A DNA stretch of 64,000 nt, from positions 310,001 through 374,000 of the forward strand of contig LSRY02000007.1 in assembly GCA_001643675.2 (NCBI GenBank), written 5' to 3'. This stretch comes from Monocercomonoides exilis PA203 (Eukaryota; Protista; Preaxostyla). Shown piece by piece: positions 1-11,929 of this stretch (its first letter is position 1; each line of letters opens with the position of its first letter). The translations under genes and the position numbers were made by a program. The notes under the pieces are model-generated. The model searched no databases and had not been told where the DNA came from. It worked only from the letters and a program-made list of their open reading frames with translations.

Positions 1-1033
1 AAAATAAACTATTAATTTTGAACAGAATGCAAAAACACACTCCAGGAGAGGTTGTATAATTGGGTGTTGGAGGAGTATGATTAAGTTCAACCTGACCAGA
101 AAGAGGTGAAGTTTCTGTGACTAACGATGAAAATTGAGGAGGCGAAGGATTTCGAAATTGAGGATGATCATCTGATGGCGAAGAAGGTGAAATCCTTGGT
201 GGAGTCATTGCATTTTCAGGAGGATAGTATGAAACCAGAGGTGACAAAGGTGATGATAAAAGAATATCTTTGCAACTTTCACAATAAGATTGAATAGTTT
301 GATCATCAGCTTTTCGATCTCTTGAAAAAGATAAGCAAAGAAATCCTTCTCTTGGAAAAATACTTGTAAGCGGCATAATATCTTCTTCAGAGAAGAAGAG
401 TGTAAAATTTAATGCTGTCAAAATCTGAATTTCGTTATGATATATTCTAGCGGGCTCAAGATTCAATACTCGGGCAATATTTCCAGATTTTATTTGATCA
501 TCATGCAGAGCTTTACAAGAAATTAAAATGCATAGTATCATTAAATAAAATAGTTCCGAATCTTGAGTAATTGAAAGAACTGGTCCTGCAATCCTCATGT
601 ATCGATGAAGAATAATTAATGAAGTCAAAAATAATTCCTCATCCAATTTGAAGAAAGAAATCATATTTCCAAGGTGCGAATACATAACCGTTGGATCATA
701 TGATGGAAGAAGTGTTATCAGCAACATTGACGCACGTTGTGCAAGGACAGACATTGTTAATTGCGGAGAAAATAAATCACCTTGTTGTGGTTGGATAAAA
801 CGCTCATAAAAAAAATTGCGCGGAATCATCATCAAATTATCTCTTGGGACAGATACGGCTGGATTGGGCAAAATCAAATTTGGGGAATTAGTGGGCTCAA
901 AGCGGACAAGGTCAGTTTGAGGGCTCTGATTGTGCCAGTGGAGCATCTTCGAAGAAAATGATTTCGTTGGATATGTTTGCACATATGTATTCGAAGCGAA
1001 AACAGTTTTTGAAGATGGATTACTGGTGATCAT
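1..1033 (-). CDS. PHO80/P-type (cyclin Y-like) cyclin; 3' part runs off the window start
   Basis: Stop-free minus-strand frame from ATG 1033 to the window edge, absent from the ORF track. It encodes a cyclin box: LTSLIILHRY...LFYLMILCILISCKALHDDQIKSGNIARVLNLEPARIYHNEIQILTALNFTLFFSEEDI, followed by an SP/TP-rich tail. Probable intron donor GTGTGT near position 40. Confidence 0.75.
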   Translation of the reverse strand, partial: MITSNPSSKTVFASNTYVQTYPTKSFSSKMLHWHNQSPQTDLVRFEPTNSPNLILPNPAVSVPRDNLMMIPRNFFYERFIQPQQGDLFSPQLTMSVLAQRASMLLITLLPSYDPTVMYSHLGNMISFFKLDEELFLTSLIILHRYMRIAGPVLSITQDSELFYLMILCILISCKALHDDQIKSGNIARVLNLEPARIYHNEIQILTALNFTLFFSEEDIMPLTSIFPREGFLCLSFSRDRKADDQTIQSYCESCKDILLSSPLSPLVSYYPPENAMTPPRISPSSPSDDHPQFRNPSPPQFSSLVTETSPLSGQVELNHTPPTPNYTTSPGVCFCILFKINSLF

Positions 1034-1271
1034 AAACAGCCTCAAAAATGTACCCTTCGCGCAAGAAGAACAATATAATGGTTTAAAATCCCACTATTTG
1101 ATAAAATCTTAACTTTGTTAAGTCCGTTATTATTGATGAATGTTAACGTATGACTGGTGATGGATGAAATGCAATATTGGTTTTACAGATACTGCTAAAA
1201 AAATTTTTTTCGTTTATGTTTTTTATGGTTAAATGCCATAATTTAATTGTCAATAACTATTTGTATTTGAT

Positions 1272-1793
1272 ATGGCTTCATTAACATTCCTTGGAAATCC
1301 AGTAAAAACTAATGCCCAATTCCCAGCTGTTGGAACAGAGGCTCCAGAATTCACTCTCACAAGAAGCCATGACAATTCTCCTTTCAAAAGCACAGATCTT
1401 CTTGGACACGGGAAATTGACAGTCATTTCTGTTTTCCCTTCTGTTGACACACCAGTTTGCAGCAAGCAGACAAAAGAATTCGTAACAAGCAAATTTATCA
1501 AAGAACATGGAGTTCAGCTTATGAATATTTCAATGGATCTTCCATTTGCCCAGAACAGACATTCTGAATCATGCGGATTTACTGATCCAACAACAATGTA
1601 CAGCGACCATATCAAAGCTGAATTCGGAACAAAATACGGAATGCTTTTGCCTGACATGCGTCTTCTGGCTCGTGGCGTGTTTGTTGTTGACAAAGCCGGA
1701 AAAATTGCATATGTTCAGGTGCCAACAGAAATTAGCCATGAAGTTGATTTCGCTGCATTATACGCAAAGTTGGAGGAGTTGGAAAAGCAATAA
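1272..1793 (+). CDS. tpx: Thiol peroxidase, Tpx-type atypical 2-Cys peroxiredoxin
   Basis: Intronless 173-aa ORF with LTFLGNPV, VFPSVDTPVCSKQTKEF (peroxidatic Cys), ISMDLPFAQ and RLLARGVFVVD, all Tpx-family motifs. Confidence 0.92.
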   Translation: MASLTFLGNPVKTNAQFPAVGTEAPEFTLTRSHDNSPFKSTDLLGHGKLTVISVFPSVDTPVCSKQTKEFVTSKFIKEHGVQLMNISMDLPFAQNRHSESCGFTDPTTMYSDHIKAEFGTKYGMLLPDMRLLARGVFVVDKAGKIAYVQVPTEISHEVDFAALYAKLEELEKQ

Positions 1794-2113
1794 AAAGATC
1801 ATTTGTAACATTTATCAGATTGACGTGGTTCGTTTGAAGTTAATACGTATCCAAAATCTTTTTTGTTGTTTGCAGCTTTGATACGTTGATTTTTTTTTTT
1901 TTTTTTTTTTTTTTTTCGAAGTGATTTCGTTACATATTTTTTGTTAAACAATAATCAACAATATAATCTGTAGTTATCTCATAATTATTTCTTTTTGATT
2001 TCTCGATCATTTAGCATATGTTGTAAAGTTGATAAAACAAAAAATACATAAAAAATTTTCAAATGAAAATCAAATTTACGAAATGAAATTAAGAGAAATA
2101 ATTATAACAATAA

Positions 2114-4627
2114 TCACCAGCCGTCTATTATATCTTCGTTCATATAATAATTCGTTCTAAGTTGTTTTTTTGAATGAGTTTTGCTCCTATTTGAAGCTGA
2201 ATAAATATTACGTCCTGTTTGCTTATGTGTTTTGGATCTTTGCTCAAATGATTGCTCTTTGCTCGTGTATTTTTGACTTTCGGTTCTCGGCCCTTGTTCA
2301 GCACTCCTGTAATCTTCTGTGCCTTTCATCACTCTTCTCTCCATTTCCATCCTTCTTTCACTTTCCATTTCCTTTTCGATATCTCGCTCGCTTGTCATTT
2401 CCTCTTCATTCATCACTTCAGTCTCCCTCTCCCTCTGACTCTCTCTCTGTCTCTGTCTCTGTCTCCTCGCCATCCTCTGCTCCTCGTATTCCCTCTGCCT
2501 CTCCTTCTCCGCCTTCTTCCTTTCCCTCCTCTTGATCTCCATCATGTCAAGCACACGCTGTCCTTCCACTCCTCTCTGCGACCGAACTGTCACAACAAGC
2601 TCCTGCAGCCTCTTCGCCAGTTTGGAATCACTCTCCTTTCGCAGCTTCTTCGCAGGCGTTATTTTGTGCAGCGCACGTGTCGTGAGTGGAGACGCTTGTT
2701 TCGCCCTTCCTCTTTTGGTTCCTGTGGAAGAAGAAGAAGATGATGATGATGAAGGTCGTGTTCTCCTCCTCACTGAAGAGCGAGAAAATGCTGTCTTTGG
2801 CCTCTGTGAATTGGCATATCTCAGTCCTTCTTCTCTGTCGGCGTCTTGTTCAATCAGAAAGTGCCGCTGTGCCACTTCCAGTGCTTCTCCACCATCCACT
2901 CCATCACTTTCGCCTTCGCCAGGCAAAAGCAGTTTCCCACAGCTGACGCAATGCTGCGATGCTTCTCTGCTGCTGAATGGAGGGCTTTGAACAGAAGAGG
3001 ATGCAAAGTTCAGGTCAGAAATGACAGCTGACGAGGAAGTGGAGAAAGAGGATGATGCGGAAGAAGAGGACGATGAGTCGACAGAAGTTCGTGAATTGAT
3101 TGAAGAGAGTGAATGATGAGCAGACAGTTGGAGTTCTCCTGCTTTTTCGCTCTGAGGCATCATCGGGGCATAGCTGAGAAGGAGCATTGGAGGAGAAGAA
3201 GTGCGGCGATCTATTGAAGGCGTGTGATGATGAGAATGAGAATGATGATGATGACAGCAGGAATGATGCGAATGGCAATGATGTGGAGAATGGAAGTGAT
3301 TATGATGCTTGTGATGATGATGATGATGATGTGGACAAAGCGAACGATGCTCATGCCTGAAGCTGTCAGATGATGAGCTGTCAGATGTTCTGTGCTTCTT
3401 TCTGTGGCGGGTTTTGGCTGACGTGACAGATGAAGATTGCGAAGAGCGTGTTGAAGTGGAAGAAGAAGAATTTGAAGAAGAATTTGAAGAAGAATTTGAA
3501 GAAGAGGTGGAAGAGGTAGAGGCAGAGGAAGAAGAAGAAGTGGAAGAAGAAGATGAAGATGAAGAATCATCATTTGATGATTCATCAGAACTTTTATCAG
3601 AACTGTCTTCTGTGCTCAAATCAGATGAATCTGATGGATTATCTTCGCTTTTAGTTGAAGATGTGCTCTTTGAAATGACACTTGAAGAATCTTCATCAGA
3701 ATATTTTCTGGATTCCTCTTCTTTTTTGTGATCTTTCTTTTTCGTCTGTTTGCTTTCTTTTTCTTTCATTCCTTTTCTCTTCTCTCCTTCTGATTCTGAC
3801 GAAGATTTTGCAGATTCTGTCTCGTGATGGATTGAGCTCTTCTCCTCAGAATCAACAGAATGAGAATTATTCTTTGAACTCGGGCTGAATTCTCTATTCT
3901 TAACTATTTCATTTGGCTCTTCATAGCTTTCTTTCATTTCTTTGAATGCATCTTTTGGGTTGTTATCCTTGTTTTTCATGAAATCTCCTTTTTTCATCGA
4001 GTAATTTGACCTGATGCGTTGTGCGCTGCGGCATGACGTTGAAGGGCGAATTCCGTAGCTGCTTTCCGGCCTTTGTGTTTTTCTCCCACTTGTTGTAGGA
4101 CGACGCCTTTGGTTTATCTTTTGTAATTCATCCCAAGTTGTTGCTGTCACTGGCCTTTGTTTCATTGAGGAATAAGGCCTTGGGGCAGAATGCGGACGAG
4201 GAGGCAAAGTGCGCGATGTTGACGAACGTTGAGAAAAAGAGACAGAACGAGAAAGAATAATAGAATGCGCTTGAGGCTGAGAATCAGAATGCTGACGTGC
4301 AGAAGCCAATGGTGACGATGGTAAAGAAGATATTGAATGAGATTGAGGGTTGGAAATAGAAACTTGTGATATGTTGGAATCGGGAGGAATAGGTTCATTG
4401 TTGCTCACATCTCTAATGTTATCTTGAATGATTTGAGTGACTTTTTGCTCGAACGCATCAGGGGCATTATCATCTTGTTCGTCATCTGTTTGAATTAACG
4501 AATCAAGTTCATTATCGCTGTCCTCTGTTAAAAATTCATTTGCATCTGATTGTTCATCCTCAAAATTATCATCATCTGAAATTTTAAAATCTTCATTTGA
4601 ATCATCTCCCTCATAAAAAGCACTCAT
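2114..4627 (-). CDS. Low-complexity protein: acidic N-terminus, RPx[ST] repeats, Ser tracts, His/Cys tract, C-terminal coiled coil
   Basis: Long ORF; first ATG at 4627 (MSAFYEG). No recognisable folded domain. Confidence 0.7.
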   Translation of the reverse strand: MSAFYEGDDSNEDFKISDDDNFEDEQSDANEFLTEDSDNELDSLIQTDDEQDDNAPDAFEQKVTQIIQDNIRDVSNNEPIPPDSNISQVSISNPQSHSISSLPSSPLASARQHSDSQPQAHSIILSRSVSFSQRSSTSRTLPPRPHSAPRPYSSMKQRPVTATTWDELQKINQRRRPTTSGRKTQRPESSYGIRPSTSCRSAQRIRSNYSMKKGDFMKNKDNNPKDAFKEMKESYEEPNEIVKNREFSPSSKNNSHSVDSEEKSSIHHETESAKSSSESEGEKRKGMKEKESKQTKKKDHKKEEESRKYSDEDSSSVISKSTSSTKSEDNPSDSSDLSTEDSSDKSSDESSNDDSSSSSSSSTSSSSSASTSSTSSSNSSSNSSSNSSSSTSTRSSQSSSVTSAKTRHRKKHRTSDSSSSDSFRHEHRSLCPHHHHHHHKHHNHFHSPHHCHSHHSCCHHHHSHSHHHTPSIDRRTSSPPMLLLSYAPMMPQSEKAGELQLSAHHSLSSINSRTSVDSSSSSSASSSFSTSSSAVISDLNFASSSVQSPPFSSREASQHCVSCGKLLLPGEGESDGVDGGEALEVAQRHFLIEQDADREEGLRYANSQRPKTAFSRSSVRRRTRPSSSSSSSSSTGTKRGRAKQASPLTTRALHKITPAKKLRKESDSKLAKRLQELVVTVRSQRGVEGQRVLDMMEIKRRERKKAEKERQREYEEQRMARRQRQRQRESQRERETEVMNEEEMTSERDIEKEMESERRMEMERRVMKGTEDYRSAEQGPRTESQKYTSKEQSFEQRSKTHKQTGRNIYSASNRSKTHSKKQLRTNYYMNEDIIDGW

Positions 4628-4806
4628 ATTATTGCTTAAAAGAAAAAACTTCTGCAATAAAAAAAAAGAAAATATGGAAACAGTTTTTTAAAATGCTTGA
4701 AATTATATCTCAATCGACAAATAGATAAAACAAACTTATTATATTCAAAGCCAAAAATTCGTTCAACCCCTAATACACTTTTCAATCATTGATCAAAAAG
4801 AAAAAA

Positions 4807-5624
4807 ATGTCAATGGAAGAAGAGCCAGGGAAAGTAATGGAATTTCTTTTAAAGGTATGCTCTGTAACTTTTATGTTATAATTTTGAAATTGTTTCAAAA
4901 GGTTCTCGTTGTTGGAGACCAAGGAGTCGGAAAGACAAGTTTAGTCCAAAGATATGTGAATGGAATATTTGCTAGAGAGTATAAAGCAACTGTTGGCGTT
5001 GATTTTGCATATAGGCTGATTCAGGTCAGTCCAGATACCATTGTAAGATTACAACTGTGGGACATTGCAGGTCAAGAAAAATATGGACAACTTACTCGCG
5101 TTTGATGAAATTAAAAATGATAAGTGTTTTGTTATAAGCTTCTATTTATTTCTTTTTTAACATAGGTTTATTATAAAGAAGCTTTTGGAGCAATTATTGT
5201 TTATGACGTCTCGAGGCCAAGTACACTTGATAATGTTGTTGAATGGAAAAAAGACATCGATTCGAAAGTCAGACTTCCAGATCCGTATGAATCTCCAATA
5301 CCTGTTATTCTTCTTGCAAATAAGGTTTGAGAAAGTTATTATATGAAAAGTTAAAATTTTGTTTGTTTTCTCATTCAAAAGTGTGATCTTGTCAAAAAGA
5401 AGCCTGACGCAACTAAAATGGACAAATTTTGCAGAGATAATACGATAGTGAAGTGGTTTGAGACGTCTGCACAGGATAATATTAATGTTGAAGAAGCAAT
5501 TCACTTTTTGGTGAGGCTCATTTTGGAAACAGAGTGGCAGTCAGATACATCGAGTTCTGAAACCGATGGGCGTGTTGTTCAAATCACTGAAAATGATACT
5601 CCTCCTTCTAACTGTTCCTGCTAA
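4807..5624 (+). CDS. RAB32: Rab32/Rab38/Rab29-family small GTPase, 4 exons
   Basis: Exons 4807-4854, 4902-5099, 5166-5324, 5382-5624 joined by GT-AG introns. Motifs GDQGVGKT, YKATVGVDFA, the family-diagnostic WDIAGQE, LLANKCD, FETSA and C-terminal CSC prenylation signal. Confidence 0.9.
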
Positions 5625-8071
5625 GTACTTTACAATCTTTATGTTCTTTCTATAATATTATTTATTTAGCACTATTCTTCACTTCGAATTGCCAACTTTT
5701 TGAGAGATATGCGAATTTTTTTTTTCATTTGTGAAGTTGTAGTATTATGTTGTAAGTGAGAATCCATAATTTGCCATTTAATGCTACAATTTGTTCGTTT
5801 TTTTGCTTGTTTCTGTACTTTGTCCACACCGTCATCTGATTGCCATTTGAATTTACTATTTAAAGCTCAATCAACTTTGTATGTTTCATCATTGAAGATA
5901 TTCACTCTCAAAAGCTTTCTAGTTTTCCTCTCTTTTAACAACTTTGATATGCTTTTAATATCTTTCATTAGTTAGAGAGTTCTTGCACAACAATCTCTTC
6001 ATATAAATATTTTTTTTTTTTTTTCATGCGCTCTTTCCATTTCAAGAAGTTGTGGATGAAGAGTATTCATCCAAATATTTCTGTGTTTGAGTTATTCATT
6101 TTGTCTTCGTTTGTTGTGTTCTTTCATTTTATTTGATTTTTAAGCAGCACAGCTAAATGCAGAATGAGTGAAATTTTCTTTTTTAAACATCAATTCTCAT
6201 CAAAAATAAAGAGAGAAAGAAAGAAAGAAAAATGAGAGCATGATTAAATATGATTTATGCATATTAAAAAGAGATTGTGTTTCATATTTATGAAGAAAAT
6301 CAAAAGCAAAATGGCTGCAAAACAAAAAAAAACATGAGGAAGAAACTATTCATGTCACAGTGATAATGATAGCTGAGATAAAAGTTTGAATGGGGAATAC
6401 ATGAATCAAGATAACACTAATAAATGGAGAACAAAAGAATATTATTTGAATTATCTCAGAAAAAATAACATTAAATTTACATAAATAAAATAAAATAAAA
6501 ATAAGGAAGAAAGTTGGATGGAATATGAATCATTCGAACAACGCAAAGGGAAAATTAGATAGAAAAAAGGTTTGATAAATTCGTTAAAAGCCGTCTGTTT
6601 TTGGTGAAAAGGTTGTTTACAAGTGAAAAAATGAATAATTGTAATGTCGTGTTAACTGAATAATATGTGTGCAAGTTGGTGAGCATATGTTGATAGTAGA
6701 ATGTGATTGCAAAGAAGCATCTACATTAAGAAGTAATGAGAATAAGCAACAAAAAAGAATGTGGAAAATCTATATGGAAAATCCATAAAAACAGACTGTT
6801 CAATAGTGAAAGAAAATAAGATGCAAAAGGAGAAGTGAAAAACGAAGCAATGAACAAAAGAATTAATTGGGATTCGAAAAGGAAAGATTTGATAAGCAAC
6901 ATGCATAATTCAACTATTATGAATACAAGAACAGAAAGAAAGATGAAAAAGAAGATAAAAAAAGAAATACTGCAGAATTAAACTGGATGAGTTTAACTTA
7001 TTGAGAAAGATGCGTTGGTGTAGTAGTACAACATCTGCTTTAACAGCAATCCATGCAACGTGACAATAAAAAGTGCATCTTGGATAAGTGTTTGGGTGTT
7101 ATCAAATATCCACTAAATGATGAGGTTTCAAATAAGAAGAAAAAAGGAAATAAATAGAAAAGAATTGAAGAAAGAACAAAAACATACCCAATAAACGTAA
7201 AATAACTACTTATGCAAAATATAGTGGAGAAAAGAGAAGAAATGAAAAAAAGCAATAAAAGCTTCAAATATATCCATCATCAAAAGAACAGATTATCATC
7301 ATTCAATTTGTAAATACTCAATTCCTCTGTCACAAATAATATTTGCCAAGCTTCAAGTATGTATTTCCTTTCTTTTTAATGAAATTTCAAAAAAGAATAG
7401 AAAATAATTCATAAAGCTCAGAAGAATCAAACAACAATGCAATTTATATGATTCAAAAAAATGTGCACCAATAGCAAGTATTATTATGATATATACAAAG
7501 CATTTCAAATTAGGTTTAAATAAATTAGGGGAAAAAAAAAACAAAATTTCACAATCAACATGTCAAAAAAATAAAATGTGTAAAATGAATAAGCAATAAC
7601 ATGTGAAGAAGAGAAGATGATGCATATTGAATCTTCGAAAGAATACATATTAAGCAATGAAAAGATGTGAAGAAACAAGTCCTTTGTTCGGTTATAGCAA
7701 TCGTTAAACAATTGCCAAAGGATATCGAAAGGATCAATGAACAAACGCACAAAGAAATTGAAAAAGCAGCAAAAATCGATTCAAAGAAAAATAAAAACTG
7801 TCTGCACAAAATGACTCCAAGAAATAGAGCAATGTGCAAAACAAGTGTGAAATAAATGAAGCATAGTCAATGAATGTTCAATAACAATAATATTTGTTAT
7901 AGAATTTGTAAGTACATGGATATAATCATTGTAAGCTTACATACAGACATTATGAAAGTTAATAGAAATTTTGGGGGGAAAAAAAATAAAATAATGGAAT
8001 TCCAATATGAAAGTCACCTTCAACACCAAGCAAACAGCCATTTCCCTTCCATTGTCATTCCTGTTATACCA

Positions 8072-11000
8072 CTACAAATGTGTCTGTCTGTGCTTTCCCA
8101 AAAGAGGAGAGCTGATCGGAGGCTTCATCGGAGATATTGGGGACTTTCTTCGTGTCGACTGAAATGTCCCCGAAGGTGAAGTTGGGGAGATATCAAAGAC
8201 AGAAGAAGAGGAGGATGAGGAAGAGGAAGAAGAGGAGGAGGAGGAGGATGGAGCACCAACAGAAGAAAGAGAAGGAGAACTTCCAGGAAGCACAGGCAGT
8301 TTGACTTCTGCTGCTTGGTGTGGGCTGGTTATTCTGTTTGTGACTGTGCTTGTGATTGAAGAGGAACGCCCACGAGCATTCTGACTCTGTGTCTTCAGCT
8401 TAACACCAGAAGAAGAAGCAGAAGAGGAAGAGGAGGAGGAGGAGGAGGAGGAGGAGGAGGAAGAGGATGATGATGATGAATGAGGTGCAGCTGACGCATT
8501 TGATGTGCCTGTTGGAACGAGAGTGCTGAACTGTGATGTCAGAGGGACACAGTGAGTGATCGGGGCAATGCTGTTCAATGAGCTTCCTGTGTGTGCAACA
8601 TTTGTATATCCAACTGTTGGTGAGGGAAAAGAGACAGACGATGATGAAGAAATAGAGGAAGATGATGATGATGAAGAAGAAGAAGAAGATGCAACGATTC
8701 CAGAGACAGAAGTGGCTGAGATGCTTTTCCTTGCAGCAGATTGAGCAGAGCGAACAGGTGCAAGAATTGTTGACTCCTTCCCCATTGTGGGTGAGTGTGG
8801 ATGCAACACACCACTCCCACCACCACCAGCAGCAGTAGAAGAAGAAGCATTGATAGTTGATGAAGAAGAGGAGGAAGAAGAAGAAGATGATGATGATGAT
8901 GATGATGATGACAAAGAGATCAATGGATTCACATAAGACGAGGCAAGAGATGTTGAGCTGTCAACCAGTGGGGGCAGATGAGCAGTCTTTTGAGGAATGT
9001 CCTTTGCGAGCGACGAAGACAGAGCAGACGAGCGAGGCGAGCTGGCAACGGCATTCCCGCCGAAGGAGACAGCACGTGAATGGGCAGCTGATCGGTCAGG
9101 CGAAGGGGAAGGGAAGTAATCAACAGCATTTGCAGCAAGAAGAGATGAGCCGGCTTCAGAGTTGGATCGTTCGTTTGGGAGAGCATTGGAGACAGCAGTC
9201 ACTGGGGGTGCAAGTGGATACTCAACAGAGCTGCCGTGGTGGGTGTGGGAGATGAGAGAAGAAGAGGAAGAAGAAGAAGAAGAAGCAGGAGGATTGAGAC
9301 AGCTGTTAGCGTTGTTGTGGAGAGAGGAGGAGGACAAGGGAGGTTTGTTTGGGGTGATGGGATGGAAGGGCGAATGAGGAGTGATCTTGTTCTCTGTTGT
9401 GTGTGTGTGTGTCTGATTGGAATGGGATGCTGATGATGTTGATGTTGATGTGTGTGGCTGGGCATTAGATGATGAAGAAGAGGATGAAGAAGAGGATGAT
9501 GATGCTCCAACAGCAGATGTTGAACGGGCTGCACAAGAAGATCCAGAAGCAGCAGCAGCATTTGACGTTGATGTTAAAGAAGATGATGTTGTTGCAGGCG
9601 AATGAAGACGAGCAGAAGTCCCGTTGGATGAAGCAGAGCCGGGTGTGGTTGAGGAAGCAGCAGAAGTTGCATTGCTCGTGTGAGAAGACAGCGGATGAGC
9701 CGACTTCTGCTTGGGAGTGTGGAGTTCTTTGATCTTTCTGTAGTGCTCTGGGTGGAGTGCATACTCATTCGGAGTGAAGTTGAAGAGAGGGGGCATCGGC
9801 GTTCCGTCAGGCATCGTGTCGTTCTTCCCGTCGCGGAGGTCGGCAAAGAAAGGGTGGAGCATTGCTTCTCTCGCTGTGATGCGCTTCTGAGGGGAGAAAC
9901 AGAGCATTTTGGAGACTAAGTCTATCGCCAGCTGGTCGGTGGCTGGATGAAAGAGCTGTTTTTGTTTTTTTTTTAATAAGAGGAAAATGAGTATGTTTGA
10001 TTGAGGAGTGGAGAATAGGGACGAATGAAAAGGGTAAATAAATAAGCAAATAAATAATTAATTAATTATGAATTAGATGATCAATTGAAAAAAAAAAGTT
10101 AAATCAACAGAATAGTAATTTTTGAGTCAAACTTCATTTTGAATAAATATATTTGCAAAAAATTAAAACACTCAACTTTTTTCTTCTTTTTTTTTCTTTT
10201 TCTTTTTCTTCTTCTTCTTCAAACAAACCTTGGAGAATATCTTTGGCTTGACAGACGGGAGAGAGATGTCCATTGAAGAGGGCACCTTCATGTTGATCAT
10301 CTGCTGAGGAGTGGGTGAGCCGAGGACTTTGATGATTTCGATCAGCTGGTCAACGTTGGTGTCGCCAGGAAAGATCGGAAAGCCCAACATCATCTCAGCC
10401 ACCACACACCCAAACGACCAGATATCTGCAAAGGAACATTCGAGGATGATGATTAATATTGATTGCATTTTATTTTATTTTGTTGTTATTGTTATTGTAT
10501 TCGTATGTTTAAATGTCAAAGAAGCGATAAACAGTTGGTGAGAGCAAAGAAGAATATATCAATACAAATGTATTTAAATATATAAGATGAGTAATATAAT
10601 TAAATTACTGCAAATTTTGATAAAACAAGGCAAAAAGCAAACCAACTGCAGTATCATAATGAGTTGAGCCTAGCACGAGTTCAGGTGCCCTGTAATATCT
10701 GCTGCATATGTAAGACACAGACGCCTCTTCTGGCTTCAGAACTTTGGCGCTGAATAAAGACATGTGCACATCACAAACACATTTCTTGAATTGCTGGCAT
10801 TTCTATACAAATCTTATTCAAACCTTCCGAAATCGCAAACTTTCACAACTCCTGTAGACGGATTAACAAGTATGTTTTCTTATTAAAAAATAATTTTTAA
10901 AAGCAATATTAAAATTATGTTCAAAGAAATGTAGCTTATGCAAAATCACACGAGGTTTGATGTCTCTGTGGCAAATTCCAAGTGAATGATAATATGCAGC

Positions 11001-11824
11001 TGCTCTCATTAATTGGTATGTGTATAACTGAAAATATAAGCATTAAATTGCAAATAATTATTTGTTCTTTTAAAATTCTAAACCTTGACAAAAAACGTAG
11101 GCATTGACTTTCGCTGTTTCACAAAAAACTGGCAAACACTATAAACAGTTTGTGGAATGTATTCCATAACAATATTCAGGTACGTCTTATCTGTCTAAAA
11201 AATTATTTTGAAATTTTATTTATTCAAATGATTTTCCGGAAATATTTTCTAGTAAAGTGCAAACTCTAGGATCTGCTTCGAAATAAAATGATTTCATTTT
11301 ACAACAATTTGGATGGTCTAATAATCTTAAAACAGATAATTCCCGATTCTACTCGAAAAGCAATTAAATTAACATAAAATGTACATGTTTATTAGCACAT
11401 TAAACCTTAAAATGTCTGTCTTGATGCACTCTTTTTACAGCAACAAGTTCGTTGGTTTCTTTCATAATTGCCTGCGTAACAACCCCAAAACTTCCGCTTC
11501 CAATACTTTTTTCTTGTATGAATCGCAACTGTGAGGGATTAAATTTTGATTCGGGTTCTTCATCATCTTATATTCACAAATTATTAACGAAAAATGTTGT
11601 AAAAGTTTCTCACAATTATTAAAAAGAGGCATACATCGATCAAGATTAGATAAAGCCTTTATGATTTGTTCAACATTATTTTTTGCGACCGGATCAATTT
11701 CTTGCTCGATATCAACTTCAAACGGTTCATTTGGAACAACAATGGCTAATGACATGATTGAAGGTGGCATTTTTGCTTTTAACGATGAAACTGATTGAAC
11801 TTGTTGTTGAACTTGCTCGCTCAT
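8072..11824 (-). CDS. GSK3: Glycogen synthase kinase 3 (GSK3/Shaggy-like) with long Ser-rich C-terminal extension, 9 exons
   Basis: Splicing of 8 GT-AG introns gives [87 protein letters not shown] and PPLFNFT. Exon 1 is 11824-11635; the last exon is 9955-8072. Confidence 0.95.
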
Positions 11825-11929
11825 TCTGGATTACACTATTGTCACTTTTGGAACCAATTAAAAATGTTTGACAATCTGGAAATATTAACAAATATGGTTC
11901 ATGGATCAAGAAATCTTTGCGAAATATAA

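Noticed and set aside
1890-1916. Poly-T tract as a retroposition scar
   Set aside because: No TSD, wrong strand for tpx, and homopolymers are common throughout the window.
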